Origin: an uncultured Thermoleophilia bacterium
GTDB lineage: Bacteria; Actinomycetota; Thermoleophilia; UBA2241
Direction: 5' to 3'
Assembly: GCA_963715985.1 (NCBI GenBank)
Contig: CAVQSP010000014.1
Coordinates: forward strand, 576,001-640,000
DNA length: 64,000 nucleotides
The notes beneath the pieces are model-generated. The model saw only the letters and a list, made by a program, of their open reading frames with translations, was not told the DNA's origin and did no database searches. The position numbers and the translations under genes were made by a program. How positions within the stretch are numbered: position 1 is the stretch's first letter; each line of letters starts with the position of its first letter. Shown here in pieces: positions 30,345 through 39,520 of this stretch.

Positions 30345-31429
30345 TGCCAGGCCTGGCCGGCAGACTCAAGAGCGAGGAGTTCTGGAAGGCCGTGTCGCCG
30401 GTGGTCGGCCTGGTCGCGCCGCTCTGCGCGGTGGTCCTGCTGGCGACTGCGTTCGCGAGCCACGGTATCCAGCGCGTCATGATCATCACGATGCTGAACA
30501 TCATCCTCACCGTGGGCTTCTACGTCTTTGCGGGGAATTCCGGCATCCTGTCCTTCGGACACATCGGTTTCGCCGCCATCGGGGGGTACGTCGTCGGTCT
30601 GCTAACCGTGCCGGTCCTGATGAAGGCGGTGCTGCTGCCGAACCTTCCTCACACGATCGCCTCCATGGCCATGGCAACCATCCCTGCCATGATCATCGGC
30701 TTGCTCTGCGTGGCCGCGTTCGCGGCCGTCGTCGGCTACCCGATCGTTCGCCTGAAGGGCGTCGCGCCGAGCATCGCCCTCCTGGCCATGCTGGAAGTGA
30801 TCCATCAGGTCATCGCAAACTGGAAGTCGGTGACGGGGGGCGACAGTGCGTTCGTGGGCATGCCGATCGACAGCACGCTGTTCACGGTCCTCTGGTGGAC
30901 GGTGGCCGTGATCGTGGTTGCCTACCTGTATCAGGTCAGCCGCAGCGGTAGGCGGCTGCGCGCGGCGCGCGAGGACTACGAGGCCGCCCGGTCCGTAGGC
31001 GTGCACGTCACGCTTGAACGGTACAAAGCCCTCATCCTGAGCGCCGCCATCATGGCCGTCGGCGGCGGGCTCTACGGCCACTACCTCGGGAGCCTCAGCC
31101 CGAAGGTCCTGTACCTGGGCCTCGGCTTCCTGGGGATCGAGATGGCGATCGTGGGGGGGCTCCACAGCCTCTCCGGCGCCGTCACCGGGGCGACCGCGAT
31201 GTCCCTCGTCAGCGAGCTCCTCCGACGAGGCGGTGACGCTGCGTTTCCGGGCGGCCTTCCCGGACTGCAGGAGGTCATCCTGGCCGTCCTGCTGCTCATC
31301 GTCCTCGTGCGGCTTCCGGCAGGCATCACCGGCGGGCGAGAGGCGAATCTATGGGTGTTCACGCGGCTCTGGCGACGACGACGCCGGAGGTCGATGCCAG
31401 CCGGCCAAGCCGAAGAGGCCGATGCCTGA
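30344..31429 (+). CDS. ABC permease, LivM-like
   Basis: GNSGILSFGHIGF, RLKG, TGGDS, GRRLRAARED, VGGLHS, LPAGI. Confidence 0.9.
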   Translation: MPGLAGRLKSEEFWKAVSPVVGLVAPLCAVVLLATAFASHGIQRVMIITMLNIILTVGFYVFAGNSGILSFGHIGFAAIGGYVVGLLTVPVLMKAVLLPNLPHTIASMAMATIPAMIIGLLCVAAFAAVVGYPIVRLKGVAPSIALLAMLEVIHQVIANWKSVTGGDSAFVGMPIDSTLFTVLWWTVAVIVVAYLYQVSRSGRRLRAAREDYEAARSVGVHVTLERYKALILSAAIMAVGGGLYGHYLGSLSPKVLYLGLGFLGIEMAIVGGLHSLSGAVTGATAMSLVSELLRRGGDAAFPGGLPGLQEVILAVLLLIVLVRLPAGITGGREANLWVFTRLWRRRRRRSMPAGQAEEADA

Positions 31430-31590
31430 GGCGACGGCGTTCGGGTCGCCGAGGGTCGCCGCGCTCGCCGCGGGTACGTGACGGTGGTGTGGCGGTCCGA
31501 AGCCGGGGTTCTCGCCGGCGAGACGCCCGCATTCGCCGTCGCGAGACGCACGCCGCTGAGAAAGCCGGTGCAAGCCGAGGGATGGGAGTG

Positions 31591-33669
31591 ATGATGCGGT
31601 TCGCGATAGACACTGGAGGGACCTTCACCGATCTGGCGGTCGAGGACGAGACCGGCAGGCTGCATCAGTTCAAGTCGCCCACCACTCCAGACGATCCTGT
31701 CCGCGGGCTGCTCGACGTGCTCCAAACAGCAGCCGAGCACTTCGAAACGACCCGGGAGGAGCTACTGGGACGCGGCGAGATGCTCATCCACGGCACCACC
31801 CGCGCCATCAACGCGGTGGTCACCGGAACGGTGGCCCGGACGGCCTTCCTCACCACATGGGGACAGCCGGAGATCCTCGTTGACCGCGAGGGCGGCAAGA
31901 CCAAGCCGTTCGACGCGTTCCAGGAGTTCCCCGAGCCGTACGTGCCGCGCGCCCTCACTTTCGAGATCCCCGAACGGGTCGCCTACGACGGGCAGATCGT
32001 CCGTCCGCTGGACGAAGAGGCGACTGCGCAGGTCCTCCTTGGGTTGCGCGATCAGCAGGTCGAGGCGGTCGGTGTGTGTCTGCTCTTCTCGACGATCAAT
32101 CCCGCGCACGAGCTGCGCGTTGGCGAGCTTCTGGCCGAGCTCGTGCCGGAGATCCCCTTCACGCTCTCGCACAAGCTCAACCCGATCCTCAGAGAGTACC
32201 GTCGGGCGTCGTCGACGGTCATCGATGCCTCGCTGAAACCGGTGATGAGCCAGTATCTTCACGGCCTCGAGGCCAGACTCCGGGAGGTCGGCTTCCGCGG
32301 TCGACTCCTCGTCTCCACCTCCAACGGTGGCGTGCTCGACGCCGCGGAAGTGGCGGAGGCTCCCATCCATGCTCTCAATTCCGGTCCCGCCATGGCTCCC
32401 ATCGCCGGCCGCGCTATCGCCGCGTCGGAGACCGGTCACGCCACGGTCGTCGTCGCCGATACGGGCGGGACGACCTACGACGTGAGCGTCGTCCAGCGGG
32501 GCCGCATCCCGACGACCGTGGAGACCTGGGTCGGCCCGAGGTACGTCGGTCACATGACCGGCTTCCCTTCGGTCGACGTGCGGAGCGTCGGCGCCGGTGG
32601 CGGCAGCATCGCCTGGGTCGACACGCATGGCCTCCTGCACGTGGGCCCGCAGAGCGCAGGCGCCGACCCGGGCCCCATCTGCTACGGCCGCGGCGGTGAC
32701 AGACCCACGCTCACCGACGCTTGCCTGGTCCTGGGGTATCTCGACCCCGCCTACTTCCTCGGCGGCGCCATGAAGCTCGAGGTGGGCGCTGCCCGGGAGG
32801 CGCTGAAGGACCTGGGCGGCCAACTCGGCCTGAAGGCAGAGCCGGCCGCCCATGCGGTCGTACAGGTGGCCACCGAGAACATGGTGCAGGCGATAGAGTC
32901 GATCACGATCGAGCAGGGTATCGACCCCACAGTCGCCGTGCTCATCGGCGGCGGCGGCGCGGCCGGCTTGAACGCCTCCATCGTGGGCAGAAGGCTCGGC
33001 TGCGACACCGTGATCATCCCGCAGCTCGGCGGTGTGCTGAGCGCCGTGGGGATGCTGCTGTCCGACCTCGTGGCCGAGTATGCCGCCACGTTCGTGGCGA
33101 CCAGCGACGACTTCGACCTGGCCGGCGTCAACGAGATCCTCGCCGGGCTGGAGGCGCGCGCCCGCGCCTTCATCGAGAGGGCCGGCCAGGACTCGGTCTC
33201 ATCGTCGCTGACATTCTCGGCTGACGCGCGCTATCCGGAGCAGATCTGGGAACTGCCGGTGACCTTGAGCAAGGGCCGGTTCGCGGATCTGGACGACGTG
33301 GAAGCGCTCCGTCGGGGGTTCCATGAGATCCATCACGAAGTGTTCGCAGTTAGCGACCCCCTGTCCTCGATCGAGATCGTCGGCTGGCGTGTGCGCGCCG
33401 AGTGCCGACTGCGAGAGAGAGACCTCAGCGTCCCGCTCGAAGAGGGCTCGGGGCCAGGCCACGGGGCGCGAGAGGCCTGGTTCCCAGACGTGGGGACGCT
33501 GTCCACCCCGGTCGTGGAGTTCTCCAGCCTGACGGAGAACGAACCGAGACTGGGGCCGCTCCTGGTCGAGTCCCCGCTGACGACCGTGGTCGTGGAACCC
33601 GGAACGGTGGCGGTGCGCTCCGGGCTCGGGAACCTTCTCCTGAGCCGCAACGACCCTGGACTCACCTGA
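31591..33669 (+). CDS. Hydantoinase A / 5-oxoprolinase ATP-binding subunit
   Basis: IDTGGTFTD, HGTTRAINA, REYRR, SGPA, DTGGTTYD, GAGGGSIA, SAGADPGP, TLTDA. Confidence 0.93.
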   Translation: MMRFAIDTGGTFTDLAVEDETGRLHQFKSPTTPDDPVRGLLDVLQTAAEHFETTREELLGRGEMLIHGTTRAINAVVTGTVARTAFLTTWGQPEILVDREGGKTKPFDAFQEFPEPYVPRALTFEIPERVAYDGQIVRPLDEEATAQVLLGLRDQQVEAVGVCLLFSTINPAHELRVGELLAELVPEIPFTLSHKLNPILREYRRASSTVIDASLKPVMSQYLHGLEARLREVGFRGRLLVSTSNGGVLDAAEVAEAPIHALNSGPAMAPIAGRAIAASETGHATVVVADTGGTTYDVSVVQRGRIPTTVETWVGPRYVGHMTGFPSVDVRSVGAGGGSIAWVDTHGLLHVGPQSAGADPGPICYGRGGDRPTLTDACLVLGYLDPAYFLGGAMKLEVGAAREALKDLGGQLGLKAEPAAHAVVQVATENMVQAIESITIEQGIDPTVAVLIGGGGAAGLNASIVGRRLGCDTVIIPQLGGVLSAVGMLLSDLVAEYAATFVATSDDFDLAGVNEILAGLEARARAFIERAGQDSVSSSLTFSADARYPEQIWELPVTLSKGRFADLDDVEALRRGFHEIHHEVFAVSDPLSSIEIVGWRVRAECRLRERDLSVPLEEGSGPGHGAREAWFPDVGTLSTPVVEFSSLTENEPRLGPLLVESPLTTVVVEPGTVAVRSGLGNLLLSRNDPGLT

Positions 33670-33699
33670 CGTCATGGCACCCGACAGTGCGGAGGTCCA

Positions 33700-35491
33700 C
33701 ATGAAGGCCGAGGCGTCCAAGTCCTCATCGTCCACGATCGACGGCGTGAAGCTCGCCATCATGAGCAGCCGGATGGACGGGATCGTTACGCGCATGACGA
33801 ACACGCTGCTGCGCACGGCCCGTTCGGGCGTGCTGGCGGTCGCCAAGGACTTCTCCTGCTGCCTCCTCGCCGCGAACGGGGACCTTCTCGCGATGGCCGA
33901 AGCAGAGCCCATCCACGTCCTCAACAGCCACTTGCTCGGGCGCGCGCTGAACGAACTTCAGCCGGTACTCAAGCCGGGAGACGCCTTTCTCAACAACTCG
34001 CCCTATCACGGGAACACGCACGCCGCCGACTGGTCGGTGCTCGTCCCCATCTTCGATGACGACGGCAGGCACCGCTGCACGGCGGTGGTGAAGGGACATC
34101 AGGCGGACTGTGGGGATTCCATTCCGACGACGTATCACAGCGCCGCCAAGGACGTGTACGAGGAGGGGGCTCTCATCTTCCCGTGCGTGAAGGTCCAGAG
34201 CGACTACGAGGACAACGAGGACATCGTCCGCATGTGCAGGATGCGGATCCGCGTACCGGACCAGTGGTGGGGCGACTACCTCGCTCTCATCGGCGCCGCG
34301 CGCATCGGAGAGCGCGAGATGGTCGAGTTCGGGCGCGAAGTGGGGTGGGACGTCATCGACAGCTTCATCGCCCAGTGGTTCGACTACAGCGAGCGCACGA
34401 TGATCGAAGCGGTCAGAGGCCTCACCGCAGGGCGGACCACCGTGCGCGGGTGGCATGACCCCGTCGAGGGTCTCGATGCTCTGCCGGTCAACGTCAGCGT
34501 CGGGGTGGATCCCGAGAACGCCATGATCGAGGTCGATCTGCGCGACAACATGGATTGCCAGCCGTTCGGGCTGAACCTGAGCGAAGCCTGTTCGAGTGGC
34601 GCCGCTCTGGCAGGCGTCTTCTGCGGGATCTGCGCGGACATCCCGTTCAACGGCGGCAGTCTGCGACGAGTCCGGGTCCACCTTCGCGAGAACTGCATCG
34701 TGGGCATCCCTCGCCATCCCTTCAGCTGCTCGGCGAGCACCACCAACCTGGCGGACCGCGTGGCCAACACGGTGATGCGGGCCATGGCCGACCTCGGGGA
34801 CGGCATGGGGCGGGCGGAATACGGCCTCGTCTTGCCGCCCTCCATCGGCGTGATCTCGGGGAACGACCCCCGCAGTGGCGGCGCCCCGTTCGTGGACGAG
34901 GTCTTCCTGCACGGCCTTACGGGAGGTGCCGCGACTCCGCACGCGGACGGCTGGCTTACCGCGACCGACGCCGTCACGTTGGGCATGGGTCTTCTGGACA
35001 GCGCCGAGATCGACGAGATCGCCTTCCCCATCCGGGTACTTGAGCAGCGCCTGATCCCCGACAGCGAAGGGCCGGGCAGGTTCTGTGGCGCGCCTGGAGC
35101 CATGACCGTGATGGAAGCCGTGGATACCACCATCGAGATCTGGTACGGCAGTGACGGCACGGTGAATCCCGCGCTGGGCGCACGGGGCGGCGGACCCGGC
35201 AGTCGAGCGGAAGCCTGGAAGCGCCTAAGTACCGGCGAGATCGTGCAGGCGCCGGCGCACGGCCTGGTGAAGCTCGAGCCGGGCGAGGCGATGATCTCCA
35301 AGAGCTGCGGCGGCGGCGGCTACGGCTCGCCCCTCGAACGCGACCCGCAGCGGGTGCTGCACGACGTCCTCGAGGGCCGTGTCTCTGTGACGCGGGCGCG
35401 AGAGGTGTACGGGGTCGCTGTGCTCGATGGGCTCGTCGACCAGGCTGCCACGGAGGACCTGCGCTCAGGCATGCAGGGTGAGGCCACCTGA
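33700..35491 (+). CDS. Hydantoinase B / 5-oxoprolinase hydrolytic subunit
   Basis: DFSC, PIH, NSPYHGNTHAAD, HQADCG, EEG, DSEGPG, GGGGYGSPLERDP; GGAGG RBS before ATG 33700. Confidence 0.93.
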
Positions 35492-35599
35492 ACGTCTGCC
35501 GGCGTGTGTTGCGGTCGCCACCGCCCAGGGCAGGCGGAGGGAGCGCCTGCTCCGGTGTAGGAGTCCGTCGGGGCCGGGTCGCGCCCGCCCGACCGAACC

Positions 35600-35663
35600 T
35601 TGACCGAAGGTCAGACGGTCCGTAGTATCCAACGCATATACCGGGCGTATCGTCAGCGTATGT
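35600..35663 (+). promoter_or_regulatory. sigma70 promoter P3 with four phased heptamers
   Basis: TTGACC-N17-TAGTAT; AGTATCC (35624), CATATAC (35635), CGTATCG (35646), CGTATGT (35657). Confidence 0.7.
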
Positions 35664-35938
35664 GTGACGGTCGCTGCTCGCTCCTCTCGCGACGAGTGGC
35701 CGCGCTCGGCCCTGACCGGGGCAGAAGATCAGATCCTGCGAACGGCGGTGATCTTGAGAGCGACCTGGATCGTAGTGCGAACGCATTCACGGAGCGCCGC
35801 CATCCTGTCGCGTCGCGACAGCCTCGGGGGCGGCGGTCGTCTGGCCGCCGCCGCACATCCAAACGTTGTCTCCGGCTTCACTTCGAACCATCATCGCTAT
35901 GTACCGGCACGTGGGCATGACACGCAAGGGGGAAGCGC

Positions 35939-37585
35939 ATGAAGTCAGGGAGTGACAAAGAAGGCATCGGCAAGCGGAACCTGACACGGCGGGAGCTGCT
36001 GCAGGCCGGCGCGGTCGCGGGGCTCGGCGCCGGGCTGATCGGCACGGGTCTCGGGGCGGCGGGATGCGGGAGCAGCGACGACGGTGGCGCGAGCGCGTCG
36101 CCGTCGGCGTCGGGAGCGGCGGGCGCGCTCAAGCCCGGCGGCATCTTCACCCTCGCCACCGATCAGATGTTCCCTAAGGACAACCTCAACCCGCTGACCA
36201 ACACCACCGACGGCATCGATGCGCTCGAAGGGATGCTTCGTGAGGGGCTCGTGACCTACGACTTCACCTTCACGCCGCAGCCGCGACTGGCCGAGAGCTG
36301 GGAGTTGACCCCGGATTCCATGGAGTACACGTTCCATATCCGGCCCAACGTGACGTGGCACGACGGCACGCCGTTCACTGCGAGGGACGCCAAGTGGTCT
36401 CTCGACAGGGTCATGTCGCCAGACGGCGGGTCGGGCATGATGGACCGTCTCAGCACGAGCATCGAGAATGAGGGCGTCATCGTCGTCGACGACATGACGC
36501 TCAAGCTCAAGCTGAAGCGGCCGGACTCGCTGCTCTTGCTCGCACTCTCCAACCAGCAGTGTTACTTCACCAAGGAGAACAGCACGACGGCCGACTTCGA
36601 GAAGGGCATCGGGACCGGTCCCTTCATGCTGAAGTCATGGAACCCGGGCCAGAGCTACGAGGTCGATAAGTACCCCGGCTACTGGATGAGTGGGTACCCC
36701 GTCCTGGATGGAGTGCGCGGCGTCCAGATCCCCGAGGCCTCCACGAAGCTGCAGTCCGTGGCCTCCGGCTCGTCTAGCGTCACGCAGATCGCCTTCGACC
36801 AGCTCGCCGTGGTCAACGCCAACTCCAACCTGCAGATCACCCCGTACGAGAAGGGCATCACCTACAACGTGGTCTGCGATACCACCGTGAAACCGTTCAG
36901 CGACCCGAGCGTGCGCCGGGCCATCAAGCTCTCGCTTGACCGCAAGGTCGTGATGGACGTCGCCTACGCGGGCCAGGCCTTCGCCTCGCCGGACGCCTGG
37001 GTCGCCATGGGCGACCCCTTCATGGACGACGCCCTCACAACGGCCGCCACCACGATGGACCGGGCGAAGGCTGCGGAACTGATGACCGCCGCCGGCTACC
37101 CGGACGGCATCGACCTGACGCTCAAGGCGCCCGGCGATCCTCTGCACGGCAACTTCGCCCTGGCGATCGTCGCCGGTCTCAAGGGCTCGCCCTTCCGCGT
37201 CACGGCCAAGCAGATCCCGGCCGCGACCTACTGGGACACGGTGTGGATGAAGGACCCATTCTGCGTGGACGACTGGAACCGCCGTCACCCCGTCGAGTGC
37301 GCCGCCCTCAACATGTACCCGAACGCACCCTGGAACGAATCCAAGTGGAAGAACGAGGAGATGGCCGCGCTGCTCGACAAGGCCTACGCCTCGCAGGGCG
37401 ATGCTCTCACGCAGGCCACCACCGACGTGTGCAACTTCATGCGCGCCGGCGGTGAGGGCGAAGGCGGCAGCGGCGAGATCGTCCCCGCCTACCTGAACCG
37501 CCTGTGGACCGCCTTGAAGACGACCAAGGTGGTGCCCTGGACGTTCTCCATGCTCGACACGCGGTACTGCGGGTTCTACGCGTGA
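35939..37585 (+). CDS. ABC substrate-binding protein family 5 (Dpp/Opp), Tat-exported lipoprotein
   Basis: TRRELL twin-arginine motif plus AAGC lipobox; PRLAESWE, VTWHDGTPFTARD, GTGPF, VRRAI. Confidence 0.92.
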   Translation: MKSGSDKEGIGKRNLTRRELLQAGAVAGLGAGLIGTGLGAAGCGSSDDGGASASPSASGAAGALKPGGIFTLATDQMFPKDNLNPLTNTTDGIDALEGMLREGLVTYDFTFTPQPRLAESWELTPDSMEYTFHIRPNVTWHDGTPFTARDAKWSLDRVMSPDGGSGMMDRLSTSIENEGVIVVDDMTLKLKLKRPDSLLLLALSNQQCYFTKENSTTADFEKGIGTGPFMLKSWNPGQSYEVDKYPGYWMSGYPVLDGVRGVQIPEASTKLQSVASGSSSVTQIAFDQLAVVNANSNLQITPYEKGITYNVVCDTTVKPFSDPSVRRAIKLSLDRKVVMDVAYAGQAFASPDAWVAMGDPFMDDALTTAATTMDRAKAAELMTAAGYPDGIDLTLKAPGDPLHGNFALAIVAGLKGSPFRVTAKQIPAATYWDTVWMKDPFCVDDWNRRHPVECAALNMYPNAPWNESKWKNEEMAALLDKAYASQGDALTQATTDVCNFMRAGGEGEGGSGEIVPAYLNRLWTALKTTKVVPWTFSMLDTRYCGFYA

Positions 37586-38628
37586 CGGAAGTCCCCGACC
37601 CTTACTTCTCGGAGACTGCGCTAGCGCCCCAGGAGGACGCGACCGCCGCCCTCCCCCCCGACAAGGGGGGAGCGGCGGCGGTCATCTGGCTGTTCGTGCG
37701 TTCGCGGTTCCTGCCGGCGCTCATCACGCTCTGGCTGATCTCGATCATCGTCTTCGCCTCGACGCACGTGTTGGGCATCAACGTGGCCCGCCGCGTGCTC
37801 GGGCGCGAGGCCACCCCCGCTCAGCTGGAGGCGTTCAGCAAGGCGCACGGCCTGGACAAGCCCATCTTCGACCAGTACACGTCGTGGCTCTCGGACTTCG
37901 TCAAGGGCGATTGGGGCATGTCGGCGGCAAGCGTGCGGCCAGTGAGCGAGATCGTGGTGCCCCGCACGATCAACACGCTGATCCTCGCGCTGGCGGCCAT
38001 CATCATCGCGCTGCCGATCTCGATCATGTTCGGCATCTATCTGGCCAGACCGGGCTCGCGGGCACGTGAGCTGATCCTCTCGATAGGCAACGTCTCTCTG
38101 GCGGCCATCCCCGTCTTCGTCATCGGCATCCTTCTGATCTACGGGCTCTCGGTGAAGCTGGGATTGACGCCGGTGGACAGCATGGGCATGTCCTTCGGGA
38201 CGTGGAACGACAAGGTGGCGGCGTTCATCCTGCCCACCATCACCCTCGTCATCTCCCTGCTGCCGCACATCTCCCGCCTCACGCAGGTCTCGGTGCGTGA
38301 GACCATGACGACGCCGTACGCGCGGGCGGCAGTTCTCCGCGGACTCACGCGCCGCACGATCACCTACAGGCACCTGATGCCCAACGCCGCCGGGCCCATC
38401 ATCAACGTGGTCGCCCTCGACCTCATCTGGCTCATCGGCGGCGTCATCATCGTCGAGAACGTCTTCGGCTTTCCCGGCCTCGGGACCCTGCTCGTCGAGT
38501 CCATCGGGGCCGGCGACCTGCTCGTGGTCCAGGCGGTCGCCATGATCTGCGGCGTCCTGTTCATCGGCATCGGCATCGCCGCGGACATGCTCGTGACGCT
38601 GTTCAACCCCAGACTGAGGAATGGCTGA
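37582..38628 (+). CDS. ABC permease, DppB-like
   Basis: GLDKPIFDQY, GDWG, YARAAVLRGL, HLMPNA, IVENVFGFPGLG, NPRLR. Confidence 0.92.
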   Translation: MTEVPDPYFSETALAPQEDATAALPPDKGGAAAVIWLFVRSRFLPALITLWLISIIVFASTHVLGINVARRVLGREATPAQLEAFSKAHGLDKPIFDQYTSWLSDFVKGDWGMSAASVRPVSEIVVPRTINTLILALAAIIIALPISIMFGIYLARPGSRARELILSIGNVSLAAIPVFVIGILLIYGLSVKLGLTPVDSMGMSFGTWNDKVAAFILPTITLVISLLPHISRLTQVSVRETMTTPYARAAVLRGLTRRTITYRHLMPNAAGPIINVVALDLIWLIGGVIIVENVFGFPGLGTLLVESIGAGDLLVVQAVAMICGVLFIGIGIAADMLVTLFNPRLRNG

Positions 38629-39520
38629 GATGAGCACCGTGGAGCAGGTGGTCACGACCGTCCCGACGTACGTACCCGGGCGCCAGAGCCTCTGGCGCAG
38701 TGTGCTGCGCACCACGGAGGGCAAGATCGGCATCGGGCTGGGGGCGTTCATGATCGGCCTCATCGTGCTGGGTGCCATCTTCGGGCCCACGACGGACTAC
38801 AACGCCGCGATGCCCGGCGCCGGCTCCTCGGCCGCGCACTGGTTCGGCGCGGACACGCTGGGACGCGACGTGCTGAGTCGCTTCCTTGCCGGCGGCACGA
38901 CGGTGTTGCTCATCCCGCTCATCGCGGTGACGCTTTCACTGCTCATCGGCGGCAGCCTCGGGCTGTTCGGCGCCTACTGGGGTGGCTGGCCGGACGTCGT
39001 CATCGCCAAGGTCTTCGACGTCATCCTCACGTTGCCGCCGCTGCTGATCGTGCTGGTGATCATCGGCGGTCTCGGGGCCTCCAACACCGTCCTGATCATC
39101 ACTGTGGCGCTGGTGTACGCACCCGGCCTGGGGCGGGTGGTGCGAGGCTCGGCGCAGTCGGTGATCGTCAATCCCTACGTGCTCTCCGCGCAGGCGCGTG
39201 GGGAGCGCGATCTCACGATCATCTTCCGCGAGGTGCTCCCCAACGTCTCCGGGCCCACCCTGGCCGAGTTCGGCCTGCGGCTCACCTACGGCATCCTGTT
39301 CGTGGCGACGCTCAGCTTCCTCGGTCTGGGCGTGCAGCCGCCCAGCCCCGACTGGGGACTCATGGTCGCGGAGAACCGCGGCCTGATCACAGTGGCGCCC
39401 TGGGCCACCCTGCTCCCGGCGCTCGGCATCACCGCGCTGGCCGTGGCGCTGAACCTGACTGCCGACGCGCTCTCCAGAGTCCTGGCGGGCGACGACCTGA
39501 GCCGGCTGGCGGTGATATGA
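38621..39520 (+). CDS. ABC permease, DppC-like
   Basis: HWFGADTLGRDVLSR, YVLSAQARG, LPN, LSFLGLGVQPPSPDWG. Confidence 0.93.
   Translation: MAEMSTVEQVVTTVPTYVPGRQSLWRSVLRTTEGKIGIGLGAFMIGLIVLGAIFGPTTDYNAAMPGAGSSAAHWFGADTLGRDVLSRFLAGGTTVLLIPLIAVTLSLLIGGSLGLFGAYWGGWPDVVIAKVFDVILTLPPLLIVLVIIGGLGASNTVLIITVALVYAPGLGRVVRGSAQSVIVNPYVLSAQARGERDLTIIFREVLPNVSGPTLAEFGLRLTYGILFVATLSFLGLGVQPPSPDWGLMVAENRGLITVAPWATLLPALGITALAVALNLTADALSRVLAGDDLSRLAVI

Noticed and set aside
28730-31429. 899-aa LivF-LivM fusion ORF
   Set aside because: Read-through after a 3' indel in livF; the middle is off-frame sequence over the real livH.
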